Assembly: GCA_018831055.1 (NCBI GenBank)
Contig: JAHJRE010000139.1
Location: forward strand, 38,380 to 102,379
Length of the DNA stretch: 64,000 nt
Direction of reading: 5' to 3'
DNA from: Bacteroidota bacterium
GTDB taxonomy: Bacteria; Bacteroidota; Bacteroidia; Bacteroidales; B18-G4
The notes beneath the pieces were generated by a model. The model saw nothing but the letters and a program-made list of their open reading frames with translations, was not told where the DNA came from and made no database searches. Shown here in pieces: positions 29,354 through 37,864 of the stretch; within the stretch, counting starts at the first letter, position 1; the number at the start of each line of letters is the position of its first letter. Both the position numbers and the translations under genes were made by a program.

Positions 29354-31024
29354 TTATTGTTTTGGTTTGTTTCGACTCAAATTGACTTTGTCCAGTTTCC
29401 ATGCATTCAGGAAACCGAGTTTGACAATGCGTGTCATCTTATCGATGTTAACCTTTTCGATCTCATCCGTAGGTTGATGGTAATCGGTTGTAAAGCCGGC
29501 CATAAAGAATGCGAAAGGAATGCCTTTCATGGAGAACGGAGCATGGTCGCTGCCTCCACGTCCGCCTTCCGATGCACGAAATCCGATATCCAGGCCCAGT
29601 TCATGGGTTTCATTGTTCTTTTTGCTTATTTCTTCCAGGATGGGATGTGATTTGGAGTAGGAAAGGGAACATTTGTTTTTCAGGGTATCGTTGCGGGAAT
29701 CCCGTGAGATCATATCGAAATTCAGGTTGAGCAGAATGTTCTCCACGGGTTTTACGGGATGGTCGACGAAATAGCTTGAACCAAGCAACCCCATCTCTTC
29801 GCCTGTCCAGGCTGCGAAAACGATTGTCCGCTCCGGCTGTTCGCCGGTTGCAAGAAAGGCCCTGGCGATGGTCATTACACCCACAGTGCCGGATGCGTTG
29901 TCATCGGCCCCGTTCCAGATGTAGCCATCGTGAATGCCGAGGTGATCGTAATGGGCGCCCAGCACGATCAGCGAATCAGGATTTTTCCCTTCGATCATAC
30001 CGATTACATTGCGTGCTGTGACGATCTCCGATTCCATTGTTGTCACAAATCCGGCCTGTTTCCCGAAAATCTCCTTCGACATGGGTTTGGGCCGCGCTGC
30101 TATTGATTTATGGAATTCATCAGGATGGATGCCCGAACCATCGAGGAGGAGGTTCATGATGGCAGGGGTGACCCGGATGATCAGGGGATTGGTCTTCAGG
30201 GTGTCTTCCGGAAGACTGAAATCGTATTCATAAGGTGATTCCAGCTCTTCAGGGCCTTCATAAATAGCGGATTTAAAGCGGAATGGCAGGTTAACTGTCC
30301 AGTCTTTCTGTATGCCTTCATAACCGGGTTCAATAACGGCGATGGCTCCTCTTTCACGGGCTTCCTTATTCTTGTCGCGGTTGAGATAATAATACCCATA
30401 CCGGCCTTCCGGATGGAATTTGCGGAAGGCTTCGGAGGCTGTATCGTTAATTCCCGGGAACCCGGCAAGACGGATGATGATCTTGCCGCTGACGTCCACA
30501 CCCTGGTAATCGTTGTACCCTTCCTTTTCGTTCACATACCCGTAACCCACAAAAACCACCGGTGCTGCCCCGCTCATGCTTACCGGGGGCAAACTGCCGA
30601 ATTCGAAGTCTGTCTTGTAGGTGAAATGAAAAGTAGATTCACCATTCTTGTTTTTCTTTGTCACGGAAAGATGCTGTTCCTTGCCGGCTTTGCTTTTGAT
30701 CAGACTGAATTCCTGGAAAAAGGAACGGTATTTTTCGGGTTTCTTCCCTTCCCACCGTTCTTCCCGCGTAAGTTCCGTAAAACGGTAATCCCCGGCCGGG
30801 GCCAAACCATAGATCTTGAATATGCTCGCGATATAATCCCCGGCGATAAATTCACCCTTAGTACCTGTCTGACGACCTTCGGTCCAGTCGGAAGAAAGGA
30901 ACTCAAGCTGGCCCTGAACGGCTTCGGTGGTGATGGCTTCGAGGCCTTTGGTTGCGGGGTCTTCCTGGGAATACACCCACGAAAAGCATAATGCAAACAT
31001 CAAAATAGCGAAGATCTTTTTCAT
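29354..31024 (-). CDS. M28 family metallopeptidase (aminopeptidase) with PA-like insert
   Basis: A signal peptide is present. The M28 zinc-ligand blocks are GAHYDHLG, GADDNASGTVGV, FAAWTGEEMGLLGS and SDHAPF. Confidence 0.8.
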   Translation of the reverse strand: MKKIFAILMFALCFSWVYSQEDPATKGLEAITTEAVQGQLEFLSSDWTEGRQTGTKGEFIAGDYIASIFKIYGLAPAGDYRFTELTREERWEGKKPEKYRSFFQEFSLIKSKAGKEQHLSVTKKNKNGESTFHFTYKTDFEFGSLPPVSMSGAAPVVFVGYGYVNEKEGYNDYQGVDVSGKIIIRLAGFPGINDTASEAFRKFHPEGRYGYYYLNRDKNKEARERGAIAVIEPGYEGIQKDWTVNLPFRFKSAIYEGPEELESPYEYDFSLPEDTLKTNPLIIRVTPAIMNLLLDGSGIHPDEFHKSIAARPKPMSKEIFGKQAGFVTTMESEIVTARNVIGMIEGKNPDSLIVLGAHYDHLGIHDGYIWNGADDNASGTVGVMTIARAFLATGEQPERTIVFAAWTGEEMGLLGSSYFVDHPVKPVENILLNLNFDMISRDSRNDTLKNKCSLSYSKSHPILEEISKKNNETHELGLDIGFRASEGGRGGSDHAPFSMKGIPFAFFMAGFTTDYHQPTDEIEKVNIDKMTRIVKLGFLNAWKLDKVNLSRNKPKQ

Positions 31025-31156
31025 GGTTTGGATATTTATTCGTGTGCAATATAAATAAAAAGCGGATACTGGATGCAGTATACTTGTTAAAGGTTGCTGA
31101 TTGAATTATTCGGTAACTTTAACTCTTCCTGCAAGCTACCTGTAAGCAATCTTCTC

Positions 31157-31248
31157 ATATTTGCAGAAAATTGGTTTTGTGCAAATAAATATTGTTATAT
31201 TTGCAGGAAATTAGATAAGTGCAAATAAGATGATTTATATTCGCAGAT
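31157..31248 (+). promoter_or_regulatory. 40-bp-phased operator-like repeats overlapping the Fic promoter
   Basis: Two 33-bp units (31157-31189 and 31197-31229) match at 27 of 33 positions. Each contains the palindrome TTTGCA-N14-TGCAAA (31160-31185 and 31200-31225). A third partial unit, ATATTCGCAG, starts at 31237. Unit 2 carries a perfect TATATTTG -7 box (31196-31203). Confidence 0.55.
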
Positions 31249-32382
31249 ATGTATATTAGGGATTTTATATCGGGAAAACAGGAGAAGCAATATCAGTACA
31301 GGAGTTTTCTGCCCAATCCCGTTAATCATGCCTGGATTACGGCTGATGAGAAATTGGACCATATGTTGAGCAGGGCGAACATCTGTTTGGGAGAATTGAA
31401 TGCTTTTTCTTCACTGGTGCCTGATGTTGATTATTTCATCAGGATGCATGTCCAGAAGGAGGCGTTGACGAGCAGCAGGATAGAAGGGACACGTACCCGG
31501 CTGGAAGAGGCATTACAAAAGGAGGAGTATATTGATCCGGAAAGGCGGGATGACTGGCAGGAGGTCAGGAACTATGTGCTGGCAATGAATACAAGTATTG
31601 AAAGCCTTTCCCGTTTGCCCATCAGTGGCAGGATAATCCGGCAGGCACATAAGGTACTATTGCAAGGAGTAAGAGGGGAGCATAAGCAGCCCGGTGAATA
31701 CCGTCAGTCACAGAACTGGGTGGGTGGCTCATCAATTCAGGATGCGCTTTTTATTCCTCCGCATCACACAGAGGTACCGGAGCTCATGAGTGACCTGGAA
31801 AAATTTTTGAACAATGAAGACCTGATGATTCCTGATCTGATAAGAATAGGGATTGCCCATTATCAGTTTGAGACCATACACCCATTCCTGGATGGTAATG
31901 GAAGGATAGGACGATTGATCATCACATTATTCCTGGTTAGCAGAAAGGTTTTGACCAGACCGGTGCTTTATCTCAGCGATTTCCTGGAGAAAAACAGGGT
32001 TCATTATTATGATCGTCTTACCCGTGCCCGTGTTCAGAACGACCTTGCTCAATGGCTTATCTTTTTCCTGGAAGGTGTAAGACAAACAGCAGAAAATTCA
32101 ATTATCACTTTCCGTAAGATCATAGATATGAGGCAGCGGCTTGAAACCCATGATATGCCCAAGCTCGGGAAAAAGGCACCTTCAGGCATGGCTTTGCTGC
32201 GGTTATTATATTCACAGCCGGTAGTGGATGGTAATGATGTTGCAGAAATGTTGAACGTGAACATCTCCACAGCCCTCAGGATGATCTCAGATTTTGAAAA
32301 GCTGGGCATCTTGCAGGAAATGACTGGTTACCGGCGTAACAGGGTATTTATTTTCGGGGAATATGTGAGCCTGTTTGGGTAA
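31249..32382 (+). CDS. Fic family protein (AMPylase/Fido domain) with N-terminal inhibitory motif and C-terminal winged-helix-like region
   Basis: The Fic motif HPFLDGNGRIGR is present. The N-terminal TSSRIEGT matches the (S/T)xxxE(G/N) auto-inhibition helix. The C-terminal ~80 aa look wHTH-like. Confidence 0.85.
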   Translation: MYIRDFISGKQEKQYQYRSFLPNPVNHAWITADEKLDHMLSRANICLGELNAFSSLVPDVDYFIRMHVQKEALTSSRIEGTRTRLEEALQKEEYIDPERRDDWQEVRNYVLAMNTSIESLSRLPISGRIIRQAHKVLLQGVRGEHKQPGEYRQSQNWVGGSSIQDALFIPPHHTEVPELMSDLEKFLNNEDLMIPDLIRIGIAHYQFETIHPFLDGNGRIGRLIITLFLVSRKVLTRPVLYLSDFLEKNRVHYYDRLTRARVQNDLAQWLIFFLEGVRQTAENSIITFRKIIDMRQRLETHDMPKLGKKAPSGMALLRLLYSQPVVDGNDVAEMLNVNISTALRMISDFEKLGILQEMTGYRRNRVFIFGEYVSLFG

Positions 32383-32411
32383 GAGGGAGAAGGCGGGGTG
32401 ATGTAAAATCT

Positions 32412-32429
32412 TCGATTGCATACAATCGA
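32412..32429 (+). terminator. Short hairpin after Fic, embedded in GATC-type heptads
   Basis: The stem is tcgattg / caatcga with a cata loop, about 30 bp after the Fic stop codon. No T-run follows. Confidence 0.3.
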
Positions 32430-32452
32430 TCTTCGAAATATTTTATCAAAGA

Positions 32453-32600
32453 TTAGTTAAAATAAACTTCCAGGTCAATGATCTTGTTTCCTTTTTCAAT
32501 GACAAAATCCATTTCAAAGTTCCGCTGCCGCCAATAGTAGACCCTAAAACCCTCTTTGGCAGAGTAATTGAGTAAATGAGCGCCTAAATATGTCTTTCAT
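32453..32600 (-). pseudogene. Remnant of an AAA/DUF4143-type ATPase gene (C-terminal fragment, frameshifted)
   Basis: The reverse strand encodes ...FRVYYWRQRNFEMDFVIEKGNKIIDLEVYFN followed by a stop. This resembles the C-terminus of the intact ATPase at 49331..50461 (YFWRTYTGAEIDYIEEKGGKLYAYEI). The upstream piece is in another frame and stops early. Confidence 0.45.
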
Positions 32601-32719
32601 AATGGTTGGCTCAATCAACGCATCCAGCATGTATTGTCTCCATCTGTTTTATCAGGGTTGTTTTACAGGATTTCTTGATTTTCTTATTGTGGGGTAGAGT
32701 AAATTGGTGAGATGCTGGG

Positions 32720-32840
32720 CAGGTTACAGGTTGCAGGCTGCAGGTTGCAGGAGTTTGGGTTTGAGTTATGAGTTATGAGTTATGAGTTATGAGTTTAGCT
32801 TCCTGCAGCTTGAAACCTGTATCCTGTAACTTGAAACCTG
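32720..32840. repeat. Heptanucleotide-phased three-block array forming a long imperfect hairpin
   Basis: Seventeen in-phase 7-mers: CAGGTTA CAGGTTG CAGGCTG CAGGTTG CAGGAGT TTGGGTT (TGAGTTA)x4 TGAGTTT AGCTTCC TGCAGCT TGAAACC TGTATCC TGTAACT TGAAACC. The last block is the inverted complement of the first. Confidence 0.8.
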
Positions 32841-32862
32841 CCCCCCTTTTACCTTCCTCCTC

Positions 32863-35085
32863 TCATTTCACCAAAACTTTAATATTCCATGAAGCATTTT
32901 TCCCCATTGCCCTTATCACATACATCCCTGCCGGCCAGTTGCTTACATCGATCTCGTGGATCATGGGACTGCCTGCGGTTTTGGTGATTTGCCGGTTGTA
33001 AACTGTTTTCCCGAAGGAATTGTATACCGCTATTTCGCTTTTCCCCTCCAGATTTTCATTCAGGAGAAGATTAATGCGGTCGTGAGCCGGGTTGGGAAAA
33101 ACGGTGATTCCTGGATCCTTTATTGCATTATCGCCAATTCCCACCCCAGGTGACGAAAAATGTATCCCGTCCAGCCACAGCTCAAAGCCATATTCCCAGG
33201 TGTCGGCGTGGAATTCCAGGAAGGAGATATCGCTGAAGGAGACATTGCCAAATATTGTCCGGCTCCAGGGGGATGCTCCGGTCAGCGGGATAGCGTAATG
33301 CTTCCACTGGTTCATGGTCGGGTTCAGGATGGTGCCGGCAGAAGCCGTGTATTTGTAATACCCCCCGCAATCATTTCCCAGGATGAAATTGCAGTACTGG
33401 AAGCCATATCCTGTGTTGTTCACGCTCCTGATCCACAGGAACAAGGTGTCGGTTTCATGCAGGGCCCAGGATGCGATGGAATCACCCCCCGGCCGGTAAA
33501 GCATGCCCAGGTCCCAGCCATTGCCGGTACTCAGGTGTATGGAGGCGTTCCCTTCCTTTTTGTTGACCGTATCCCAGGATGTGATGGTCGGTTCCCAGAG
33601 ACCATAAGACCAGCAGGCTTCAGGGTATGAAAACCAAACAGCCGGGGGCTCAGCAAGATCGGATACAGGGATGTGCTGCCAGGCAGGATCCGGGCCGGGG
33701 GTGAATGGATGCCAGATAACCTCGCCTACCGAAGAATTATCGTGGATGTCGTAAATATTACATGCGATCACATCTTCGTCGTTCAAACCGAAATCATTGG
33801 CTACCGCATATATTTCCTGGGTGCTCCGGTTCTCAATGTGATAAAAGGTACTTCTTTTAAAAAGGTTTCCGGTAATGGTATCATGCTGTGCTTCTCCTTC
33901 AATGTAAATACCATTGCGGTTTTCCAGGATGTCGTTGTGCTTCACGATCAGGCCTTCCGTCTTTTTGGCCGAGATGGCAATGGTATTCCCCTGTATGGTA
34001 TTTCCCAGGATTTGGTAATCGTGGGAATATTGATTCTGGTAGGGAGGAATCCCGTCTCCTTCCCAAAGCTCTATCCCTGTGGGGTTTTCGTTGATGATAT
34101 TGTGCGTGATCGTATTGTTGTATCCCCTGTCGATGGCAATGCCGGAATGTTGATTGCCGATCACCTCGTTGCTGTCGACCAGGCTGTTGAATGAATAACC
34201 CAGCCAGAACCCGTAATGGCTGTAGTTACAGAGGTTGTGTTTGTAAACATTGCCATCGGCAAAAGTGGCCTCAATCGCGTTGTGCGGCGAATAGGAGCAA
34301 TCATTGTAAGCGAAATAGTTGTTGTTGGGTATGCTCGAATATTCATATTGTCCCAGGAAAATGCCATCGCCGGAATAGGTGAAGTCATTGTGCACAACCG
34401 TGTTTTCGTTGGATACGATCAGCAGGATGGCCGCACAATCGCTCGGGTCGGTTTCACGGTTCACATGGCTGCAAACATTGTGATGGATGTAGCAGGAATC
34501 GGTAAAATTCATCCGGATACCAAATCCTGTGTTCCAGTTCAGGATATTGTCGTGGATATGGATACTATCGCAATCATACATGGCCACCCCGTCGTTCTGT
34601 TGCTGCATAGTGTTATCGAAGACTTCCACTGCCCGGCACTGGTCCATCAGCACACCACCACCCAGTGCTGAATTTACGCCGGTCCAGATAGAGATCCATC
34701 CTGTGGTATCTTTTTTATTATGTGAAAACACATTCCCGTTTATGATGATATTATGCGAATTTTTAATCTTAACGGCATAGTAGTAATCTTTTACCATTTC
34801 GAAATTCCGGATGATGATGTCATGTGAATTCTCAATAATGGCCATGTAACCCTGGTCATCCGCGCCGTTTACGGTTACGCTGTCGCCATCGATGATGATG
34901 TTGTGTTTGTTGATGATGCGGATGACCCCGTCTTTTTCAGGATCAGGGAAATTATACGTGCCACCTATGATGTTATACCAGGAACCGCTGGGAATATCCC
35001 AGTTGTCCTGAAGGGGTATATATTGCTGTGCTGAAAGGCTTGAATACAGGAATAATCCTGAAAGAATTACAATGATATTTTTCAT
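32863..35085 (-). CDS. Right-handed parallel beta-helix repeat protein with T9SS C-terminal sorting domain
   Basis: ORF 32863..35112 opens with TTG; the likely start is ATG 35085 (MKNIIVILSGLFLYSSLSAQ). It has repeated NxxIxxN beta-helix turns (NSHDIIIRNF, NSHNIIINGN, HIHDNILNWN, ITHNIINEN). The C-terminal VFPNPAHDRINLLL...GMYVIRAMG is a T9SS CTD. Confidence 0.8.
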   Translation of the reverse strand: MKNIIVILSGLFLYSSLSAQQYIPLQDNWDIPSGSWYNIIGGTYNFPDPEKDGVIRIINKHNIIIDGDSVTVNGADDQGYMAIIENSHDIIIRNFEMVKDYYYAVKIKNSHNIIINGNVFSHNKKDTTGWISIWTGVNSALGGGVLMDQCRAVEVFDNTMQQQNDGVAMYDCDSIHIHDNILNWNTGFGIRMNFTDSCYIHHNVCSHVNRETDPSDCAAILLIVSNENTVVHNDFTYSGDGIFLGQYEYSSIPNNNYFAYNDCSYSPHNAIEATFADGNVYKHNLCNYSHYGFWLGYSFNSLVDSNEVIGNQHSGIAIDRGYNNTITHNIINENPTGIELWEGDGIPPYQNQYSHDYQILGNTIQGNTIAISAKKTEGLIVKHNDILENRNGIYIEGEAQHDTITGNLFKRSTFYHIENRSTQEIYAVANDFGLNDEDVIACNIYDIHDNSSVGEVIWHPFTPGPDPAWQHIPVSDLAEPPAVWFSYPEACWSYGLWEPTITSWDTVNKKEGNASIHLSTGNGWDLGMLYRPGGDSIASWALHETDTLFLWIRSVNNTGYGFQYCNFILGNDCGGYYKYTASAGTILNPTMNQWKHYAIPLTGASPWSRTIFGNVSFSDISFLEFHADTWEYGFELWLDGIHFSSPGVGIGDNAIKDPGITVFPNPAHDRINLLLNENLEGKSEIAVYNSFGKTVYNRQITKTAGSPMIHEIDVSNWPAGMYVIRAMGKNASWNIKVLVK

Positions 35086-35436
35086 AACTGCCGGTTTTGG
35101 TTTCGAATGCAAAAGGTAAAGATTTTTTTTGGATATTTAAAAATCCCTGTTTATTTTTGGAGTCTCATTACTTGCCGATGAAACCTATCATCATTACCGG
35201 CTTTCTTTTTGTGACCTGCTAAGGTCATACCGGACATATTCATCCGGTTGTTTTCGGAATTATTTCCCGGAGCTTTTTTTCAATTAACATATTTTTTATT
35301 CATCAAAATTTCGGAGGAAAAACCATGAAAAATCAAATTACCCTTATGCCAGGATTTGTGATTAACATCCTTTCGGGCTGTTATGCCCTGATAAACCATT
35401 TGAAACTGTTAAATCCCAATCAAAAACGAAAACGAA

Positions 35437-36894
35437 ATGAAAAATAACCATAAAGCCAGGCATTTTCTACTATTTTATTTACCTGTAAGAAAGATCACTA
35501 CTTTCCGGTGGAAAAGTTTTTACAGGGATCTGTATGAAGCCATTTCCGGTTCGGAGCAGGATTTTACGCAAGGCAGCCTGCGACGGGCCATTTTTCTTCT
35601 TTCCATCCCAATGGTTTTGGAGATGTTGATGGAATCCATCTTTGCCATTGTTGACATATTCTTTGTTTCCCGGCTGGGCGCTGATGCTGTGGCCACGGTA
35701 GGTTTAACCGAAAGCATGCTGACCATCGTTTATTCGTTGGGAGTGGGCTTTGCTATGGGCGCAACGGCACTTGTTTCACGGCGTATTGGTGAAAAAGACC
35801 CGGAAGCAGCGGCTACTTCAGGCTTTCAGGCTATAATAATCGGAGTTGTATTTTCAGTTCCCCTGGCAATAGCCGGGATCTTTTATGCCGGCGATCTGCT
35901 GGAACTCATGGGCGCTTCTCCTGAATTAATAGAAAGCTATTCGGGTTACCTGCGTATCATGCTGGGATCCAATGTGGTGATTATGTTGTTGTTTATAAAC
36001 AATGCCATCTTCCGCAGTGCCGGTGATGCGGTGGTAGCCATGCGCGTGCTGTGGTTCGCCAACATCCTGAATATCATCCTTGATCCTTTGCTGATCTTTG
36101 GTTTAGGACCTTTTCCCGAATTGGGCATAGAAGGTGCTGCCATAGCTACCGTTATTGGAAGGGGACTGGCGGTGATTTACCAGTTTTACCTGTTATTCAG
36201 GGGATCAACGAGGATTGTTTTACGGAAAAAGAATTTCCGGATCATCCCTAATGTTATGACACGCCTGATCAGGCTTTCATCGGGTAACATCGGTCAATAC
36301 CTCATTGCCACGGCAAGCTGGATAGGTATGGTCAGGATCATTTCCGAATTCGGGAGCGAAGTATTGGCCGGTTATACCATTGCCATCAGGATCATCATTT
36401 TTGCATTATTGCCAACTTTAGGAATAAGTAATGCGGCTGCTACTCTGGTAGGACAAAACCTGGGAGCCGGTAAGCCCGATCGTGCAGAGAGATCCGTTTG
36501 GGGTACCAGTAAGATCAACGTGGTGATCCTGGGTATGATCGGACTTATGCTGGTTGCCATACCTGAGTTTTTCATCGGGATGTTTATCGGCGATCCTGCC
36601 GTTCTGAAATCCGGTTCAGCCTGTCTGAGGATCATCGCCAGCGGTTTCCTCTTTTACGGTTTCGGTATGGTGCTGGTCAATTCGTTCAATGGCGCCGGTG
36701 ATACGATGACTCCTTTATGGATCAACCTCTTTTGTTTCTGGGTGGTTGAGATTCCTCTGGCATATTTCCTGGCGATAACATCAGGAATAGGCGAAAACGG
36801 GGTTTATTATGCCATCCTGATCGCCGAATCGCTGATGACCATCACTGCATTTGTGATTTTCCGGCGGGGGAGATGGAAGCTGAAAGTTGTTTGA
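35437..36894 (+). CDS. MATE family efflux transporter
   Basis: 485 aa with about 12 TM helices. The typical N-terminal GSLRRAIFLLSIPMVLEML block and internal duplicated halves are present. Confidence 0.85.
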   Translation: MKNNHKARHFLLFYLPVRKITTFRWKSFYRDLYEAISGSEQDFTQGSLRRAIFLLSIPMVLEMLMESIFAIVDIFFVSRLGADAVATVGLTESMLTIVYSLGVGFAMGATALVSRRIGEKDPEAAATSGFQAIIIGVVFSVPLAIAGIFYAGDLLELMGASPELIESYSGYLRIMLGSNVVIMLLFINNAIFRSAGDAVVAMRVLWFANILNIILDPLLIFGLGPFPELGIEGAAIATVIGRGLAVIYQFYLLFRGSTRIVLRKKNFRIIPNVMTRLIRLSSGNIGQYLIATASWIGMVRIISEFGSEVLAGYTIAIRIIIFALLPTLGISNAAATLVGQNLGAGKPDRAERSVWGTSKINVVILGMIGLMLVAIPEFFIGMFIGDPAVLKSGSACLRIIASGFLFYGFGMVLVNSFNGAGDTMTPLWINLFCFWVVEIPLAYFLAITSGIGENGVYYAILIAESLMTITAFVIFRRGRWKLKVV

Positions 36895-36900
36895 CAGAGA

Positions 36901-36934
36901 CAGATGACATCTGCCCCCGGGCAGATGTCATCTG
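36901..36934. repeat. 34-bp palindromic element, copy 1 (bidirectional terminator-like)
   Basis: cagatgacatctg-cccccggg-cagatgtcatctg has 13-bp perfect outer arms plus a GC core. It lies between the convergent MATE and TatT-like genes. The right arm contains the minus-strand stop codon (36928-36930). Confidence 0.8.
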
Positions 36935-37809
36935 AATATTTCTTCCCGCTGATCCAGCAATTCCTGCGATTGACGCTGAAAAAAAACATTCCAGGGAAAA
37001 GGATTCCCTGCTTTATGCGGATCCTGGTTGAGAACCCATTCCAGGTCGCTGACAAAAGCTTCTTCCTCTCCTGTTAAAGAATACAAATATTTTGCTCTTC
37101 CCCAGCGGTTTACAAGATAAGTAGGACCAACTTCAATGGCCTTGTTAAAGTATTCCCTGGCTTTTTCCTTGCTGCCTCCAAACTTTTCCGGGATGGCAAC
37201 ATAATAAATGCCCCTTGAAAATGCATTGCCTCCACCGGCCCAGGTAGGATCGATCTTGTCCATGCGATCCATGATGATGTTGTTGTGTATGACAAGCCGG
37301 GTATTAAAAACCCTGCCTAGTCCTGACAAACAATCCTTGAAATAATTGAAAATGGCGGTGTACCAGTATCCCATGGCCCATATTTCCCGCTCTCCAAGCA
37401 CCTCGCAGGCCTCCCATACAGGAACTCCCTGATCCGCGAGCTTTTTAAATTCAGGATTCGTGTACATCGCCGCTTCACAATACCGTATGGCTTCTTTGTA
37501 ATAGCGTTTCCGCTCACTTTTTTTACTTGCATAGGCGGCGCCCATGAGAATGTTGTAATTGCCTGTCTTCCAGAGCGCGTAGATGTTGTCGGGGTCGTAT
37601 TGCAGGGCTTTTTTATAGGTCGCGATCAATTCCTGCACTTTTGCAGCATCATCGGCCTGTTGCTCCAGGGTGGCAGCCTCGTCCAGAATGGCTGAGGCAT
37701 CCTGTTGTATGCTGCCGTAATCGATCTCTTTCCAGCCCGGTTTCCAGGAAACGCAGGAACTGCACAAGATGATGGCAGCAAATAATGAAATATAAATGGG
37801 TTTTTTCAT
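36928..37809 (-). CDS. TPR-like lipoprotein, TatT-family-like
   Basis: A lipoprotein signal (AAIILCSSC) is present. The helical repeat protein has a C-terminal block GGNAFSRGIYYVAIPEKFGGSKEKAREYFNKAIE that resembles the TRAP T-component (TatT) family, by recollection. Confidence 0.5.
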   Translation of the reverse strand: MKKPIYISLFAAIILCSSCVSWKPGWKEIDYGSIQQDASAILDEAATLEQQADDAAKVQELIATYKKALQYDPDNIYALWKTGNYNILMGAAYASKKSERKRYYKEAIRYCEAAMYTNPEFKKLADQGVPVWEACEVLGEREIWAMGYWYTAIFNYFKDCLSGLGRVFNTRLVIHNNIIMDRMDKIDPTWAGGGNAFSRGIYYVAIPEKFGGSKEKAREYFNKAIEVGPTYLVNRWGRAKYLYSLTGEEEAFVSDLEWVLNQDPHKAGNPFPWNVFFQRQSQELLDQREEIFR

Positions 37810-37830
37810 GGGTATAATATTTATTTGTGA

Positions 37831-37864
37831 CAGATGACATCTGCCCCGGGGGAGATGTCATCTG
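37831..37864. repeat. 34-bp palindromic element, copy 2
   Basis: cagatgacatctg-ccccgggg-gagatgtcatctg differs from copy 1 at two central positions. The right arm contains the stop codon (37858-37860) of the hydrolase gene. Only 21 nt separate it from the start of the TatT-like gene. Confidence 0.8.

Noticed and set aside
32720-32840. Repeat array considered as a CRISPR
   Set aside because: The units are 7 bp with no unique spacers, the array is only ~120 bp, and no cas genes are present in the window. I treat it as a heptad tandem/inverted repeat instead.
35113-35436. Two hydrophobic micro-ORFs (14 and 23 codons) in the 324-bp divergent region before the MATE gene
   Set aside because: There is no terminator, conserved motif or composition signal to separate them from chance ORFs in AT-rich DNA. 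This contrasts with the bS22-like micro-gene, which has operon-like spacing and its own hairpin.
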